A model generated the notes under the pieces. That model did no database searches. It saw only the letters and a list, made by a program, of their open reading frames with translations, and had not been told where the DNA came from. Both the position numbers and the translations under genes were made by a program. From Scyliorhinus canicula (Eukaryota), in the NCBI RefSeq assembly GCF_902713615.1, contig NC_052151.1:64390375-64454374 (forward strand): a stretch of 64,000 nucleotides of DNA, read 5' to 3'. The first letter of the stretch is position 1. Each line of letters opens with the position of its first letter. Positions 30,459 through 43,769 of this stretch are shown one piece after another.

Positions 30459-33209
30459 AAAATTATAGTTTAGCATATCACATTCATCGTATTTTATTCA
30501 ACAGTGTAATTTGCATTGAGTATTAACTTAACCTTTGATCTGCAGAGGCTGAGTAAAGTTTTGCAATAACTTTTAACCTTTGGATTCCTGGAAGATTGGA
30601 AACAGGCATTTCTTGATTAGTAGACTAATCTACCAACAAATTTTCCACCAAAAGCACTGGATCTAGTAGGCGAAAGCTATTCATCTGGCAGGCTGTTCCC
30701 GTAACAGCCTCCCTGAACAGGCACTGGAATGTGGCGACTAGGGGCTTTTCACAGTAACTTCATTTGAAGCCTACTCGTGACAATAAGCGATTTTCATTTT
30801 TTCATTTCAGGTGAACGTGACAAGTGTGCATTTTCAGTGTATTTTCAAGAGCACAATGTTCCTTCATCCATACCTTATTTACATTTGTACAATACAACCA
30901 AGATGACCAAAACAGATTAAATGCTTGTTCATCTCATTTGCTCTTTGTGGGACAATGCCGTGCAAAAATTGGCTGCAGTCACTACGCCTCCAAAGTAATT
31001 TATTAGTTGTGAAGAATTATGGGATGTGTCCACAGATGTTCATAGCATGCTCCACACCTGATTGATGAGGCCCAAGGCTGTCTAGATTTTGCGCATCAGA
31101 CGACGGCCAGGATTTTGTCAATTATTCCCGATATCATAACTGGATCTGTGCGTCACTTCCGCATTCTGTCCTTTTGCTATTTCCCACATGATTGTCATTA
31201 AAATTCAAGTGCTATGCAGCGGCCTGCATGCAAGAAACATTTGATTTAACGGCAGAGGAATTTTCCAGTGGTACGACCTGCTGTCAACTGACAATGCAGC
31301 AGGTACAGGTGGATTATGGAAGAGCCTCCTGGTCAAACAGGGAGACTCGGCATCATGGCTACAACTTTCCTGCCCAACACATTGACATTAACATAAGACC
31401 TATTGAGAGCACAAAGGAATTTATTTTTTTTATTGCAAATGTTTTGCATTTCCTTGCTTTCACTTTGTTCATTTATGCATGATTGCTATTTGTTGAGACT
31501 ATCTTACTCAGAGAGCTAAATATTCTGCCATTCCTCATGTTTAGCATGCATTGAATGTTACAAAAGAGTTAGGGACCTTTCCTTTATTGTGGAAGAAACA
31601 ATAAATTGCTTTTTTTAAAAATTCACTCTTAATAAATGTTCATGTTCGTGTCCAGTGTTGTATTTGTCACTGCGGAACACGGGTGAACTTGCCGGCTCAG
31701 CTGCCTTTCACTTTTAAGCATTGTAAAGGATATTACCTGGGAGAAATCTCAGTGGGGATAATTGAAATGTTGTGGGTGAATTCAAAGCCCTGTGATGCAC
31801 CCTGCCAGCCAACACCCTGAGATGTACCCACATTTGGAGAGTACTGACACAACCTTTTAGGCTCCTCATTTTCTTACCATGATTGACTGTTCCCACCACC
31901 CCTTCCCCCACACACCCAAGACACCAGGACCTTCCCACTTCACTCCTCATTGCCTCCGACCCCAACCGCGGCCCACCCCACCACCCCTCTTTCATAATCA
32001 ACTCACCCTGTTCGGTTCCAAGTCGGTATGCATGCATTCATTTTCCTGCTCCTTTTGTATGACCATATAACTTCACATTTCCCTGTATTACACTGCATCT
32101 GCCACTGTGGGGGGTGTGCAGTCTTGAGGGCTCCCTTAATGGCTTAATTGCATCTTTTGGGGGGGGGTCAGATCGGGGTGGGGGGGGGGGAGTTGAGAGA
32201 TGGGGTGCCATATACAAATGATGTCCTGATCTCCTCCTGTGCACTGAGGAGTTCCAGCGAGTGTAGCTCCTCAGTGCAGGAAACAGGACTAAGTGAGGCT
32301 TTGATGAGGCCCCAGATCACAACAGTCCCATTAGATAACGTGGTGTTACTAGGTGCTGTGAGCACTGGGAAACACCCAGGTAAATGTGCTCAACACATGT
32401 CTCTGTTGCGATTGGGTTAGATCAGGCCCAATAGTTCTAGCTTGGCTGTTTTGCCACTCCTTTCTTTATTGCTATGATGAATCCACTAATGACTAATACT
32501 TTGGCTGGAGATAATAAACTAGACTTCAACTTAAAACAGTTCTTCAGAGTTACTGGAAATTAATCTCAAAAAATGCTTCTTAATTTGAGGTTTGAGAGGA
32601 GGTCAATATACTTCAAATAAATAGTACCTGGTTTGCAGTTGTTTGTGACGGGTTTCTCTGAGGGATCTTTCTGATGTTCACCTTGGCACTGCTTCTTTGC
32701 CTGCAGTAATATTAACAGTGTTAGTTGTCATTTTCTGCCATTTACTCTTTCAGTTCACTAAAGAATATGATACTGTCAATTATGAAGCAATCAGTCAGAA
32801 TCACCTTATCCGTTTTCATTTTACCTATGCCATGTTTAGAGCACATACACACACAGTCAATATGTTGTTTTCCATGTAAGAATTGCCACTCCTGCTTGAA
32901 GAGGCTGAGAAAAGGTTGGAAACTGAGGCCTCTATGGAGGGAAAAGAGTCTATTATAAAGACCTCGAGACCCATGCCCTCTTCTCCTTGCAGGTCCTTGG
33001 GCTCAGCAGAGACAGCGACGATACAATTGGGAAATGAGGTGGCTTACCAGCCCTACCTCTGCACCGACATTTACATGTGGTCAACCAGCCAGGTGTGAAG
33101 GAACAAAATTGTGGTGCGGGGTGGCATTCTTTGTCTGATTTCCCCACAGGTATTCCAACTAATTTTTCACCTAAGTGCGTCATACAAATGTAGTGAGGCC
33201 TGCTTTCTG

Positions 33210-36200
33210 GAGTCATGGTCATACAGCACAGAAAGAGGGCCATCGGCCCATTGCGTCCGCACCAACCATCAAGCACCTATCTAATCTAATCCCATTTTCC
33301 AGCACTTGGTCTTGTATCCTATGGCATTTCAGGTGCTCACCTAAAAGTTGTGAAGGTCCCTGTCTCCATCACCCTTTCGGACAATGAGTTCCAAATTGCA
33401 ACCACCCTCTGGGTGTAAAGGTTTTTCCTTACGTCTCCTCTCCTCTAAACATAGAACATAGAACAGTACAGCACAGAACAGGCCCTTCGGCCCTCGATGT
33501 TGTGCCGAACAATGATCACCCCACTTAAACCCACGTAACCCGTATACCCATAACCCAACAATCCCCCCATTAACCTTACACTACGGGCAATTTAGCATGG
33601 CCAATCCACCTAACCCGCACATCTTTGGACTGTGGGAGGAAACCGGAGCACCCGGAGGAAACCCACGCACACACGGGGAGGACGTGCAGACTCCACACAG
33701 ACAGTGACCCAGCCGGGAATCGAACCTGGGACCCTGGAGCTGTGAAGCATTGATGCTAACCACCATGCTACCGTGAGGCCCCAAAAAATGAAGTTACTGT
33801 GAAAAGCCCCTAGTCGCCACATTCCGGCGCCTGTCCAGGGAGGCTGGTACGGGAATCGAACCGTGCTGCTGGCCTGCTTGGTCTGCTTTAAAAGCCAGCG
33901 ATTTAGCCTGGTGAGTTAAACCAGCCCCTGTATACCTCCTGCCCCTTCCCATAAAATCTATGCTTTCTGGTTATTGACCCCTCCACTAAGGGAAAAAGTA
34001 CCTTCCTGTCCACCCTATCTATGGCCCTCATCATTTTCTACACCTTAATCAGGTCCCCCCTCAGCCTTCTCTGCTCGAGATGAAACAACCCCAGCCTATC
34101 CAGTGTCTCTCTTGATAGCTGAAATGATCCAGCCCAGGCAACATCCTGGTGAATCTCCTCTGCACTCTCTCTGGTGCGATCACTTCCTTTCTATACTGTG
34201 GTGACCAGACCTGCAAACAGTACTCCAGCTGGGGCCTAGCCACTGTTATCTACAGCTGCAGCATAACCTCCCCACTCTTATATTCAATGCCTCGGTTAAT
34301 AAAGGCAAGAATCCCATAGGCCTTCTTAACCACCTTATCTACCTGGCCTGCTGGCTTCGGAGATCTATGGACATGCACACCAAGGTCCCTTTGATCCTCT
34401 GTAATTCCTAGGATCTGACCATTCATTATATATTCCCTTGTCTTGTTAGTCCTCCCAAAATACATTACTTCCCACTTTCATGGTTAAATTCCATTTGCCA
34501 CTCCTCTGCCCACTTAACCACTATATCGTCTTGTAATCTAAGGCCTTGCTCCTCACTATTTACAGCATCACCAATTTTTGTATCATCTGCAAACTTACTT
34601 ATCATACCTCCTATATTCACATCCAGATCATTTAAAAAAAATTAAATTTAGGGTCCCCAATTCTTTTTTTCCAATTAAGGGGCAATTTAACGCGGCTAAT
34701 TCACTCACCCTGCACATCTTTTGAGTTGTGGGGGTGAGACTCACGCAGACACAGGGAGAAGGTACAAACACCACATGGACAGTGACCCAGGGCCGGGATA
34801 AAATCTGGGTCCTCGGCGGCGAGAGACAGCAGTGCTAACCACTGCTCCACCATGCTGCCCCCACATCCAGATCATTAATGTATACTACAAAAAGGGCAGC
34901 ACGGTGGCCTAGTGGTTAGCACAACCGCCTCACAGCGCTGAGGTCCCAGGTTCGATCCAGGCTCTGGGTCACTATCCGTGTGGAGTTTGCACATTCTCCC
35001 CGTGTCTGCGTGGGTTTTGCCCCCACAACCCAAAAATGTGCAGAGTAGGTGGATTGGCCACGCTAAATTGCCCCTTAATTGGAAAAAATAATTGGGTAAT
35101 CTAAATTTGAAAAAAAAATGTATACACAAACAACAAAGGACCCAGCACCAATCCCTGCGGAACATCCTGGACACAGGCATCCAGTTTCAAAAGCAATCTT
35201 CAACCACCACCCTCTGCTTCTTACCACTAAGCCAGTTTTGGATCCATTTTGCCAAATTACCCTGGATCCCCTGGGCTCTTACCTTCTTCATTAGCCCCCC
35301 ATGTGGGACATTGTCAAATGCCTTACTAAAGTCCATGTAGACTACTTCAACTACACTACCCTCAACTACACACCTAGTCACCCCTCAAAAAATTCAATCA
35401 CGTTTGTAAGACATGGGCTGGGATTCTCCGAGCCCCCGCACTGCAATCACGCCTGGCGCGGGGGTGGACAATGGGGCGTCTGACCCACGACACCTTTGAA
35501 CAATTCTCGGGCGACTGGAGAATCGCCGCCAGCCGCGTGCACATGGTCGACGTGGCGCTGGTCGGGGGCCCTTGAAAGCGGCCCCCATGGTGATTCTCCA
35601 CGGTCGACCGGCCGAATTCCCACCGCCGTGGTTCTCGTACAGTTCCACCCAGCGGGAGCTCAGCGTCGCGGCTGCGGTGGCCGTCCTGTGAGGGTCGGGG
35701 GGATCAGTTTCTGGGTGGGGGGGGTACCACGATAGTTAGGCCCGTGATTGGGAGCCACCGATCGGTGGGTGCACGCGATCTGGGGGAGGCCTACCTTCTT
35801 CCGTGGCAGTCTGTTGTGTGGGTGCGCCATGTCGCGCGGGGTCCGCGCCGCAGTGCGCATACGTGGACCCGCAGCCAGAAGTGCAGGGCCCCGTATCAGC
35901 AGCAGGAGCTGCTCGCTGCACGCCGGGGCCCTGTTAGCCCCCCCTAAAAATGGAGAATCACCCCAGACTTTTTGGAAAAATTCCGGAGTGTTTCTCGCCC
36001 GTTTTCTTGCGGGTGTGGGGACATAGCCCCATTATTGGAGAATCCCAGCCATGATTTCCATTGAGAAAGCCATGCTGACTATCCTTGATTAATCCTTGCC
36101 TCTCCAAGTGAAGATTAATTCTGTCCCTCAGAATTTTGTTCAGTAGATCCCCTACCACTGAAGTTAGACTCACTGACCTGTAATTTTCATGTTTGCACCT

Positions 36201-36525
36201 TCTTTAAAAATGGCATCACATTAGCCACTTTTCATCCTCTGGCACCTCTCCTGTAGCCAGAGAAGATTTGAAATAATTTGTTAGAACTGCTGCAATCTCC
36301 TACCTTGCCTCCCATAGCAGCCTGGAATACATTGCATCTGGACCCGGGGCATTCATCCACTCTTAGGCCTGTTAAAGCTGTTACTACCTACTCCCTCTCA
36401 ATGTTAAGTTGTTCAAGTAAATCACAATGCGCCTCCTTGATTTCTATACCTACGTCATCCTTCTCCTTAGTAAACACAGATGCAAAGTACTCATTTAAAA
36501 CCTCACCTACATCTTCCGGTTTCTA
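33210..36525 (-). mobile_element. Decayed CR1 ORF2 and tail, carrying four nested SINEs and one MITE
   Basis: Minus-strand peptides VYMDFSKAFDNVPH, QRDLGVHVHRS, RPQLEYCLQVWSP, SLTSVVG. Confidence 0.9.
35416..36050. mobile_element. GC-rich MITE, TIR GGCTGGGATTCTCC, 3-bp TSD ATG
   Basis: Perfect 14-bp inverted termini; removing the element restores the CR1 sequence. Confidence 0.85.
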
Positions 36526-38038
36526 CAGGAGTCGAGTAAAAATTCATGCAACCCAATAATGTTATTGCATCAAAAATAAATAGATTATTATTCAATTATG
36601 AATATGTCTCATCCAAATATGCCAAGTGATATGAAAAGCATCTTACATCTACTTTATCATCACTCAGGAAAAAGCAATAACAAAAAAAAGGCAAATTGAC
36701 AGAAACTGGAGTTACTGGTGGTTGGAATGTCAGGTTCGAGATGATTATTCATCAGTTTGTTCTGAAATTCGAGAGAAGTGCTATTTGAATTGAAATCCAA
36801 GTCAGAATATTTGCAGCGATCGTTTTGTCCTTGAAGAACAATAAAGTAAAAGGGGTTGTTTAAACGGTACCTCTTTTAAGTGCTCTCTGCGCAGAAAGGC
36901 CTGGCCTGACTGAAAAGTGGTGCCTGTGCCTAGCCAACCAATGCACACCTCCTGTGTACAATATCACAAAAATCTTTTGAAACTGTCCAAAATAAATCAT
37001 CCCCTCACGAGGAACAAATAAACTATATGCACTCCAGTCAACTGATTAAATTCTACAGATGGTTTTGTTGTTAATACACCTCCTCCTGTATCTGCATGGC
37101 TAGGAATATCACGTTTCAGTACTTCAATTTACATCTTCATGTTATTTTGAAAAGATCTTGTTTTAAGGATTTAGATAGCATTATGGATTCGACCAATATT
37201 TCTGTGCATTCATACGTATTTTATTAAGACATAGTAACTGAGAAATAATACAGAAGTTGGGATTTGTAAATATATTTCTTAGAATATGCTGCTTTGCTTT
37301 CATTGCGCAACTGTAAATTACATTCTGGTGTCTCTAGTTATGTAATAAAGTGAGTGTGTGTCTCGAAAGAATGCAATGACCTATTACTAAAATGTTAAGA
37401 TTTACAAATACAGACCTCTACTTCTGGAACTGGGTCTAGCTCAGACGAGGGAGGAAGGTCAATTCTGATTGATGTTAGTCATCATCAAGGCAGAATTTGC
37501 AAAGAGCAGGTCAGTGACATGAGTACAGAATTATTCTTGACACAAACTAATTCCGCGTGGCAATTTTAAAGTGTTTCAGCTCAGAAGTTAAACGGAAATA
37601 CTTCAGGAAACATTGCCAGTTGTAAACCTTCCCAAGTGTGTCATCTTCTGGAATTGCGTAAACTGTGAGGGAAGACGGGATTTGTGTCTGCTGTAAAACG
37701 TTCAAACGATGCCATCAGAGGCTTGTAAACCAAACATAGTCTGCATTTGATTAGTTTGACTTATAAACTAACACTTTGAATAAACGTTTAGCTTGGCAAA
37801 ACCTTATTGTGCTTGTGGAAGCCACAGTATTTTTCAGAGTGGGAGAGGAAGAAGCAATGTGTTTTCTGGGTGCCTTTTCTAGAAATAAGCAAATGTACAA
37901 AATCAGCCATGAAAAGTCTCCCGAACTATCAGTGTTAAGCTGTGCACCGTCTACAGATATGGCTCACTAATCAGGAATAGAAAATGATAGTGACCTTCTC
38001 ACAATTTTGTACTGGTGCTCTTAAAAGAGCCTCGGGAT

Positions 38039-41000
38039 TGTGGTATAATGGCCTGTCATAGATTAAGCTAATCTGGGACTGAGCACAGTATCACCCACAC
38101 AGTGATGTAAGAGGGATATGACTTGTCCCCAATGTCAGTCCAGTGTTGGACAGGATCATGTGTACCAGCAAGCATAGAGACAGCTCCTAGTTTGTACCCT
38201 TTACTGTATATTTGTAAATAGTTCTAAAGATGTACAGTTAACCTACTATGAAGACTTCTTCAGAACTATTAAACTGTAACCAACACTCTATGCAACATAG
38301 TGGCAGCTTGTGGAAAAACCTAAAGCCTCACAGAGAATGCAGAGAATAACTAAAAATCTGGAAGACTGAGAGGTAAATCAACAAAGCAATCCAACCTAAA
38401 AAGAAGCCCCAGAAGCAGAGGCACAGAGGAAAAACCATCAAGAAAAAGCTTGGACGCTGGAGGTAGAAATGTAAAAATCCTTACTGCAGCAGAAGACTCC
38501 ATTGAATCTCCTTGGGAAGTCCTGCTTCCAATCCCAGAGACCCAGCAGGGGTCAGCTATATATTTTAAAACTCCAGGCTATAGCAAATGCTGAGAAATCT
38601 TTAAATAATTCAGAGTCAGCGATACAGTTTTTTAAAAAACCTGCGGCTAAAAGCCGATTCCTGAGTTGGCCCCTGAACAGTGTCCGAGCTCACTCCCAAA
38701 CTGAAAATAGAATGAATTAAATAACCCGCGAGTATAACAACTTCGAAACTTAGCTGAGAGAAAGCAAAAGCCAGGATTCAACAAATTTGCGACTTTAAAG
38801 TCAAACACTGAGCAATAGAACTCTACAGGCAGTTGATCCAGGCAGCCACTGTTGTAAATTTCATGCTTCAAGTTAAGCGCGATCACCACTGTAGTGGAAC
38901 CCAAAACCAGCATGCATTGGGAAATTCTTTGTCACAAAGTAAATAGTGACGCTGGTGACGCTATTGAAATATTGAAATCTCTGAAAACAGAACTTATACT
39001 CTTAAATATTTAACCATGGATCAGAACTCCGCAATTCAAAATCTATTCGGATTAATCCAAGGCTCAGATCAATCACATGATTTGAAATCTGGAAGAAAAG
39101 ATTCCTAAGATACAGCATCGCTTAAGGTTGAGACAAAATGTTAGAAGCAGATTAGGTTAACACACTGCTTTATTCGGTAGGTCTAATTTCAAATGGCACT
39201 ACCGCAAAAGAGGGAACTAATGAGTCATCTGCTAAATTTGAAGAAGTACTAAAATCTTTTGATGTTTATTTTAATCTAAGAAGCAATAAAATACTCAAAA
39301 GTGCTCCGCTTAATAGACGAGGCCAGCAGCTAGGCGTACCTGTTGATTTCATTCATCAATGATTGGTACATGGTGACAGAAGTTTGCAAATACAGATATT
39401 TAACAGCTGACCTCATCAGAGACAGAACAGTGTTAGGTGTAGCAGACAGCGCACTCTCTGACCACATGCAAGTAAAGGAAGATCTAACCCTGGAAAAGGC
39501 AAACCAGATAGTTAGGCAGTCAGAACTCCATGAGCAGCACAGAATCATTTTAAGGGGAGAAAATAAACTTGTGCAGAGGTCAACCCACAGTTCAGTTGGT
39601 TGAGCAACAATGCAACAGGGGGACTTCAGACAAGGAAAAGGAATACTGGAACCAGCCAGCAGGGCAACCATGCCAACCACTATTGAGCAAGGTCATGTCC
39701 TGCAACTTCAGCTCAATGCTTTCACCATAACAGGAATGGATACTACAGCAAACTGTGCAAAATAATAACTCTGAAATGCACAGAAAGCTCATAGGTCATC
39801 CAAGTGGTCCAGACTGGAAGCCTCGAAAGCACACACCCATGCTTCCTGGGTGAGGTGAAAGGTTATTCTTTGTGGAATGCAAACATTTCAGTCAATGGCT
39901 ATTTAATAAATTTTAAACTAGACACAGGAGCTAGCGTAACAGTCCTCCAGACAAAGAACCATGGCTAAAAGACCTCTAGTTTCGAACAATAGACGCAATA
40001 CTTCATGGGCACAGAGAAATCAACTTTTAGTTATAGGCATGATTCTGGAATCACTAAGGATGGCAGAAAACAAATCTTTATGCTGATATATGGCGTCAGA
40101 ACTAACCTTTCTCCTTCTTGAGCAGGGATATTTGTGCAGCCTTGAGCCTCCTCAAAATGACAGATGTCACAATAACCACTGTTGTTAGTCATACAGAATT
40201 TCAAGTTTCCCCAGTACGCAAACAAAAAAAGAGTATCCTGAATGGTCTTCAGCTTTGAACTGTCTTCTCTCTTTGTGGAGCAAGTTTGTCCATTCTCGGT
40301 ACAGATACTGCAAAACCTACAATGGCCAGAGCAGCCAACCATCCTGGAGGTAACCAATACACTTCAGTGGTGGCCTTAAAAGTGGCTGACCGTGGGTCCG
40401 ATGAAACTCAATCTCCAGCTCCGACGATGGTTCAGGAGGTCAACACTGCAACCACCGAACATACGCTTTAAATCCCAGCCAGCACGTCAATTCTACAAAA
40501 GATGCTAGAACTTGGTCGCAGCCGTCCATTGCCAATGTGAAATGCATAGGTGAGCGTACCACTAAACCTCATTCTAGTCACAAGTATGCTCATCCTCTGC
40601 CACAGAGGACATTGCCATGACCCACACAACAGCAAAAGGGAAAGAAATAACAAGGAGACAAATTCAACATCCGTCCACACCATAAGAAACATATTAGCAT
40701 AGCAACCGCTGACCAGCACATTTTAATGGGAGAAAACAGCCTAACTGACCAACATTAAAGACGGGAAGAAAAGGATGAAAGCATACTCAGATGCCCGAAT
40801 AACCTCCAAACCTACAGAAAAGCAATGGCAGTGACAGAGCCTACCGGTCCTCTCACAGCAGTGCGGACGAGATATCGAATGGTTATAAGACTGCCAGACT
40901 GCCGGAACCTTTGAAGTCAAGTACTTGAAGAGGGGAGATGAAGGGAGGAAATGGGATAGTGATAATGTAGTCATGACAATGTAAGACATAAGGTAAAATA

Positions 41001-41308
41001 TAGTCACTAAAAATACATTGCTTAAAGATTTGGAGGAGGGGTTGTATAAGGATCTGGCACAATAGGGTTAATGTTGGACTGAGTACAGTACTGCCGACAC
41101 AGTGATGTAAGAGAGCACATGGCCCACACCCAGCATCAGTACAGTGATGGACAGAGCTATGTGTGCCAGCAAGCATGGAGACATCTCTTGACTTGTTTAC
41201 TGTATATTTGTAAATAGTTCTAACAATCAATAAAGACTGACTGTTAACCTAAATCTGACTATGAAAATGTCTTCAGGTGTATTGACCTGTAATTAACACC
41301 TCACAACA
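38039..41308 (+). mobile_element. Decayed, internally deleted Ty3/Gypsy LTR retrotransposon
   Basis: Diverged LTRs at 38039-38297 and 41041-41308 (shared ACACAGTGATGTAAGAG and TTTACTGTATATTTGTAAATAGTTCTAA, both end CAACA); PBS-like TGGCAGC; PPT GGAGGAGGGG; gag LIRDRTVLG..DLTLEKA; protease FKLDTGASVT at ~39912; no RT recognisable. Confidence 0.85.
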
Positions 41309-42763
41309 GGCACCACAAATGATATGGGGCAAACTTTACTTCAGCAGTAACTCTTGACAAACCAGCTATTACCTGATGTACCAGCAGGCCTCCATTTGGG
41401 TACTGCTTGATCTTCATTGTCGAATGATGGCTCAGTTGAAAGTCAATTATTTTGCCTTATTTGATCATTCGAAAGAGAAGGCAAGAGAATCTTATTAGAA
41501 AGCAGCATTCCTCTATACCGTGTGAAATTAAAACATTTAACCCTGAACTTCTTCTCATCAGATATCAGCTGATGCTTGTTTTCAAACCAGAGTGCCGCTG
41601 GAAACATTCACCCTTTTCTTTTTCACACAACTATTTGGCCATGTTTGAACTCTTTCATTTCTTTATCAGCAGCCTTCATTCTCACAGTAATTTCTGTTGC
41701 TGTTTTCAAGGTCAGTTTTGCCTCTGTCACAAGTCTCTGTCTTATGGTACATCAACTGAGGCCATGGTGCAATATGATTTGAGAGTGACTCCTAGAAACT
41801 TCCCAGCTCGACAGTCCTCTGATCTCCCAATGTAAATAAAATAAACAATTTGCCTGCTTTTCAAACCTTCTGATTTATAATATACTTAAAAATGTTAAGA
41901 AAAGGCAATTATTTCACACTGAAGACATCTATTTTAAGATCATCAAATTGCTTTCCCAGGTTTTATTACATGTTACTCAATTTCTTATCAGCCTGTAATT
42001 CGAACTTCCAAGGTCCATCAGAGAGATAGCACTATCCTCAGTCTTAATTGCTTCTCTGTATTGTAATTTTCCAGACATAATTTGCTGCTGATGTAACTTC
42101 TTTCCTTTAGCCGCCCCCAAACTTTCCACATCTCCCCCTTGTTGTGTCTTTATGCCTCTATCCTGGAAAGAAAAGAAAGTACCCTTTATCAAACACAGCC
42201 TCCCAGAAAGATCCCAGTACATCATTCTGCTCAAAACATTCAACTATTTGGGCCGCAAACCAAACTACTCTTCTTTGAAAAAGCAGGCAGTTACTGTGAT
42301 ATCAAATCCGAGGAGTGTGTCAGGAATCTGCTTAGCAACAGCAGTAAACTGATTTCACAAAACATAATAGGATGCAATATGTCCAGCAACAGTTAGAAAT
42401 CTACCGAGAGACAGCAGTAGACAGTATTCAAAAGACCCCAATGAGATGCATCTCTCCCCGTAACGGGGTTTAGAAGGCAGTTTAGATAGCAATCAAATGT
42501 CAATAGCTTATGAAGAGAAACAGCTTATAGGCATTTGGGAAGATCAATGAGGTATATATATGTTAATCTATAGTCAAGGAAGTTGATAGGGGCAGACAGC
42601 CGAATACACAGGAGGCATGATCAAAGAGGAACAAAGGTTTAATTGGCTGGACGATCAAGCCAGGGAGGCCAGTTAACATCTATTAGGTTCAAGAAGCAGA
42701 CAAGCTAGTATTCCAGCGAGCAGCCTAGAGGTCCAGTTTACATAAAGCAAGCCTCTCTCAGAG

Positions 42764-43769
42764 CCTCAAGCTTGAGTGCGTCCCTCAGCACGTAGTCCTG
42801 GAACTCGAAATGTGCCAGTCTGCAACACTCGGTTGAGGACAATTCTTTGCACTGGAAGATCAGCAAGTTTCGGGCAGACCAAAGAGCGTCTTTCACCGAG
42901 TTGATGACCTTCCAGCAGCAGTTGATGTTTGTCTCGGTGTGTGTCCCTGGAAACAGTCCGTATAGCACAGAGTCCTATGTCACGGAGCTGCTTGGGATGA
43001 ACCTGGACAAATACCACCGCATTTAGGGCAGCACGGTAGCATAGTGGTTAGCATCAATGCTTCACAGCTCCAGGGTCCCAGGTTCGGTTCCCGGTTGGGT
43101 CACTGTCTGTGCGGAGTCTGCACGTCCTCCCCGTGTGTGCGTGGGTTTCCTCTGGGTGCTCCGGTTTCCTCCCACAGTCCAAAGATGTGCAGGTTAGGTG
43201 GATTGGCCATGCTAAATTGCCCGTAGTGTCCTAAAAAGTAAGGTTAAGGGGGAGTTGTTGGGTTACGGGTATAGGGTGGATACGTGAGTTTGAGTGGGGT
43301 GATCATTGCTCGGCACAACATCGAGGGCCGAAGGGCTGTTCTGTGCTGTACTGTTCTAAATTCTAAATCTCTCTCCAGACCTTCTTTGCAAAGGCACATT
43401 CCACAAGGAGGTGGGTGACCGTCTCAATTCCCCACAGCCACTCAAGCTTGGGGCAGCTGCCGCCAAGGCGCAATGGGGAAAGACCACTGTGTAAGGTCTC
43501 ACCAGCAAATGTACACCGAGGGGTGGGTAACAGTGTAAAACTAGGTCTTCCGTGTCTTCAATACTCCAATGTATAAAAGAAACATGACAATGTAAATATT
43601 TAAGAACTGTAACGTAAAGAAGGATGTGTGTGTAATGTCATCCCAATTGAATGGAAGAAAGACAAGTGAATGTGTAACTTTGATGGAAATGTACAGTCAA
43701 GACAATTTGAAATGTTCTGTAATGTTTATTAGAGATTTTATGAATAAAGTATATTTTTGGGGGAAAAAA
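42764..43769 (+). mobile_element. L1/Tx1-like 3' fragment with inverted 5' part; SINE nested at 43026-43365
   Basis: Minus-strand ...VKDALWSARNLL...YVLRDALKL continues on the plus strand as LKLGAAAAKAQWGKTTV*, then AATAAA and an A-tail; TSD AAGCCTCTCTC(A/G)GAG. Confidence 0.88.
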
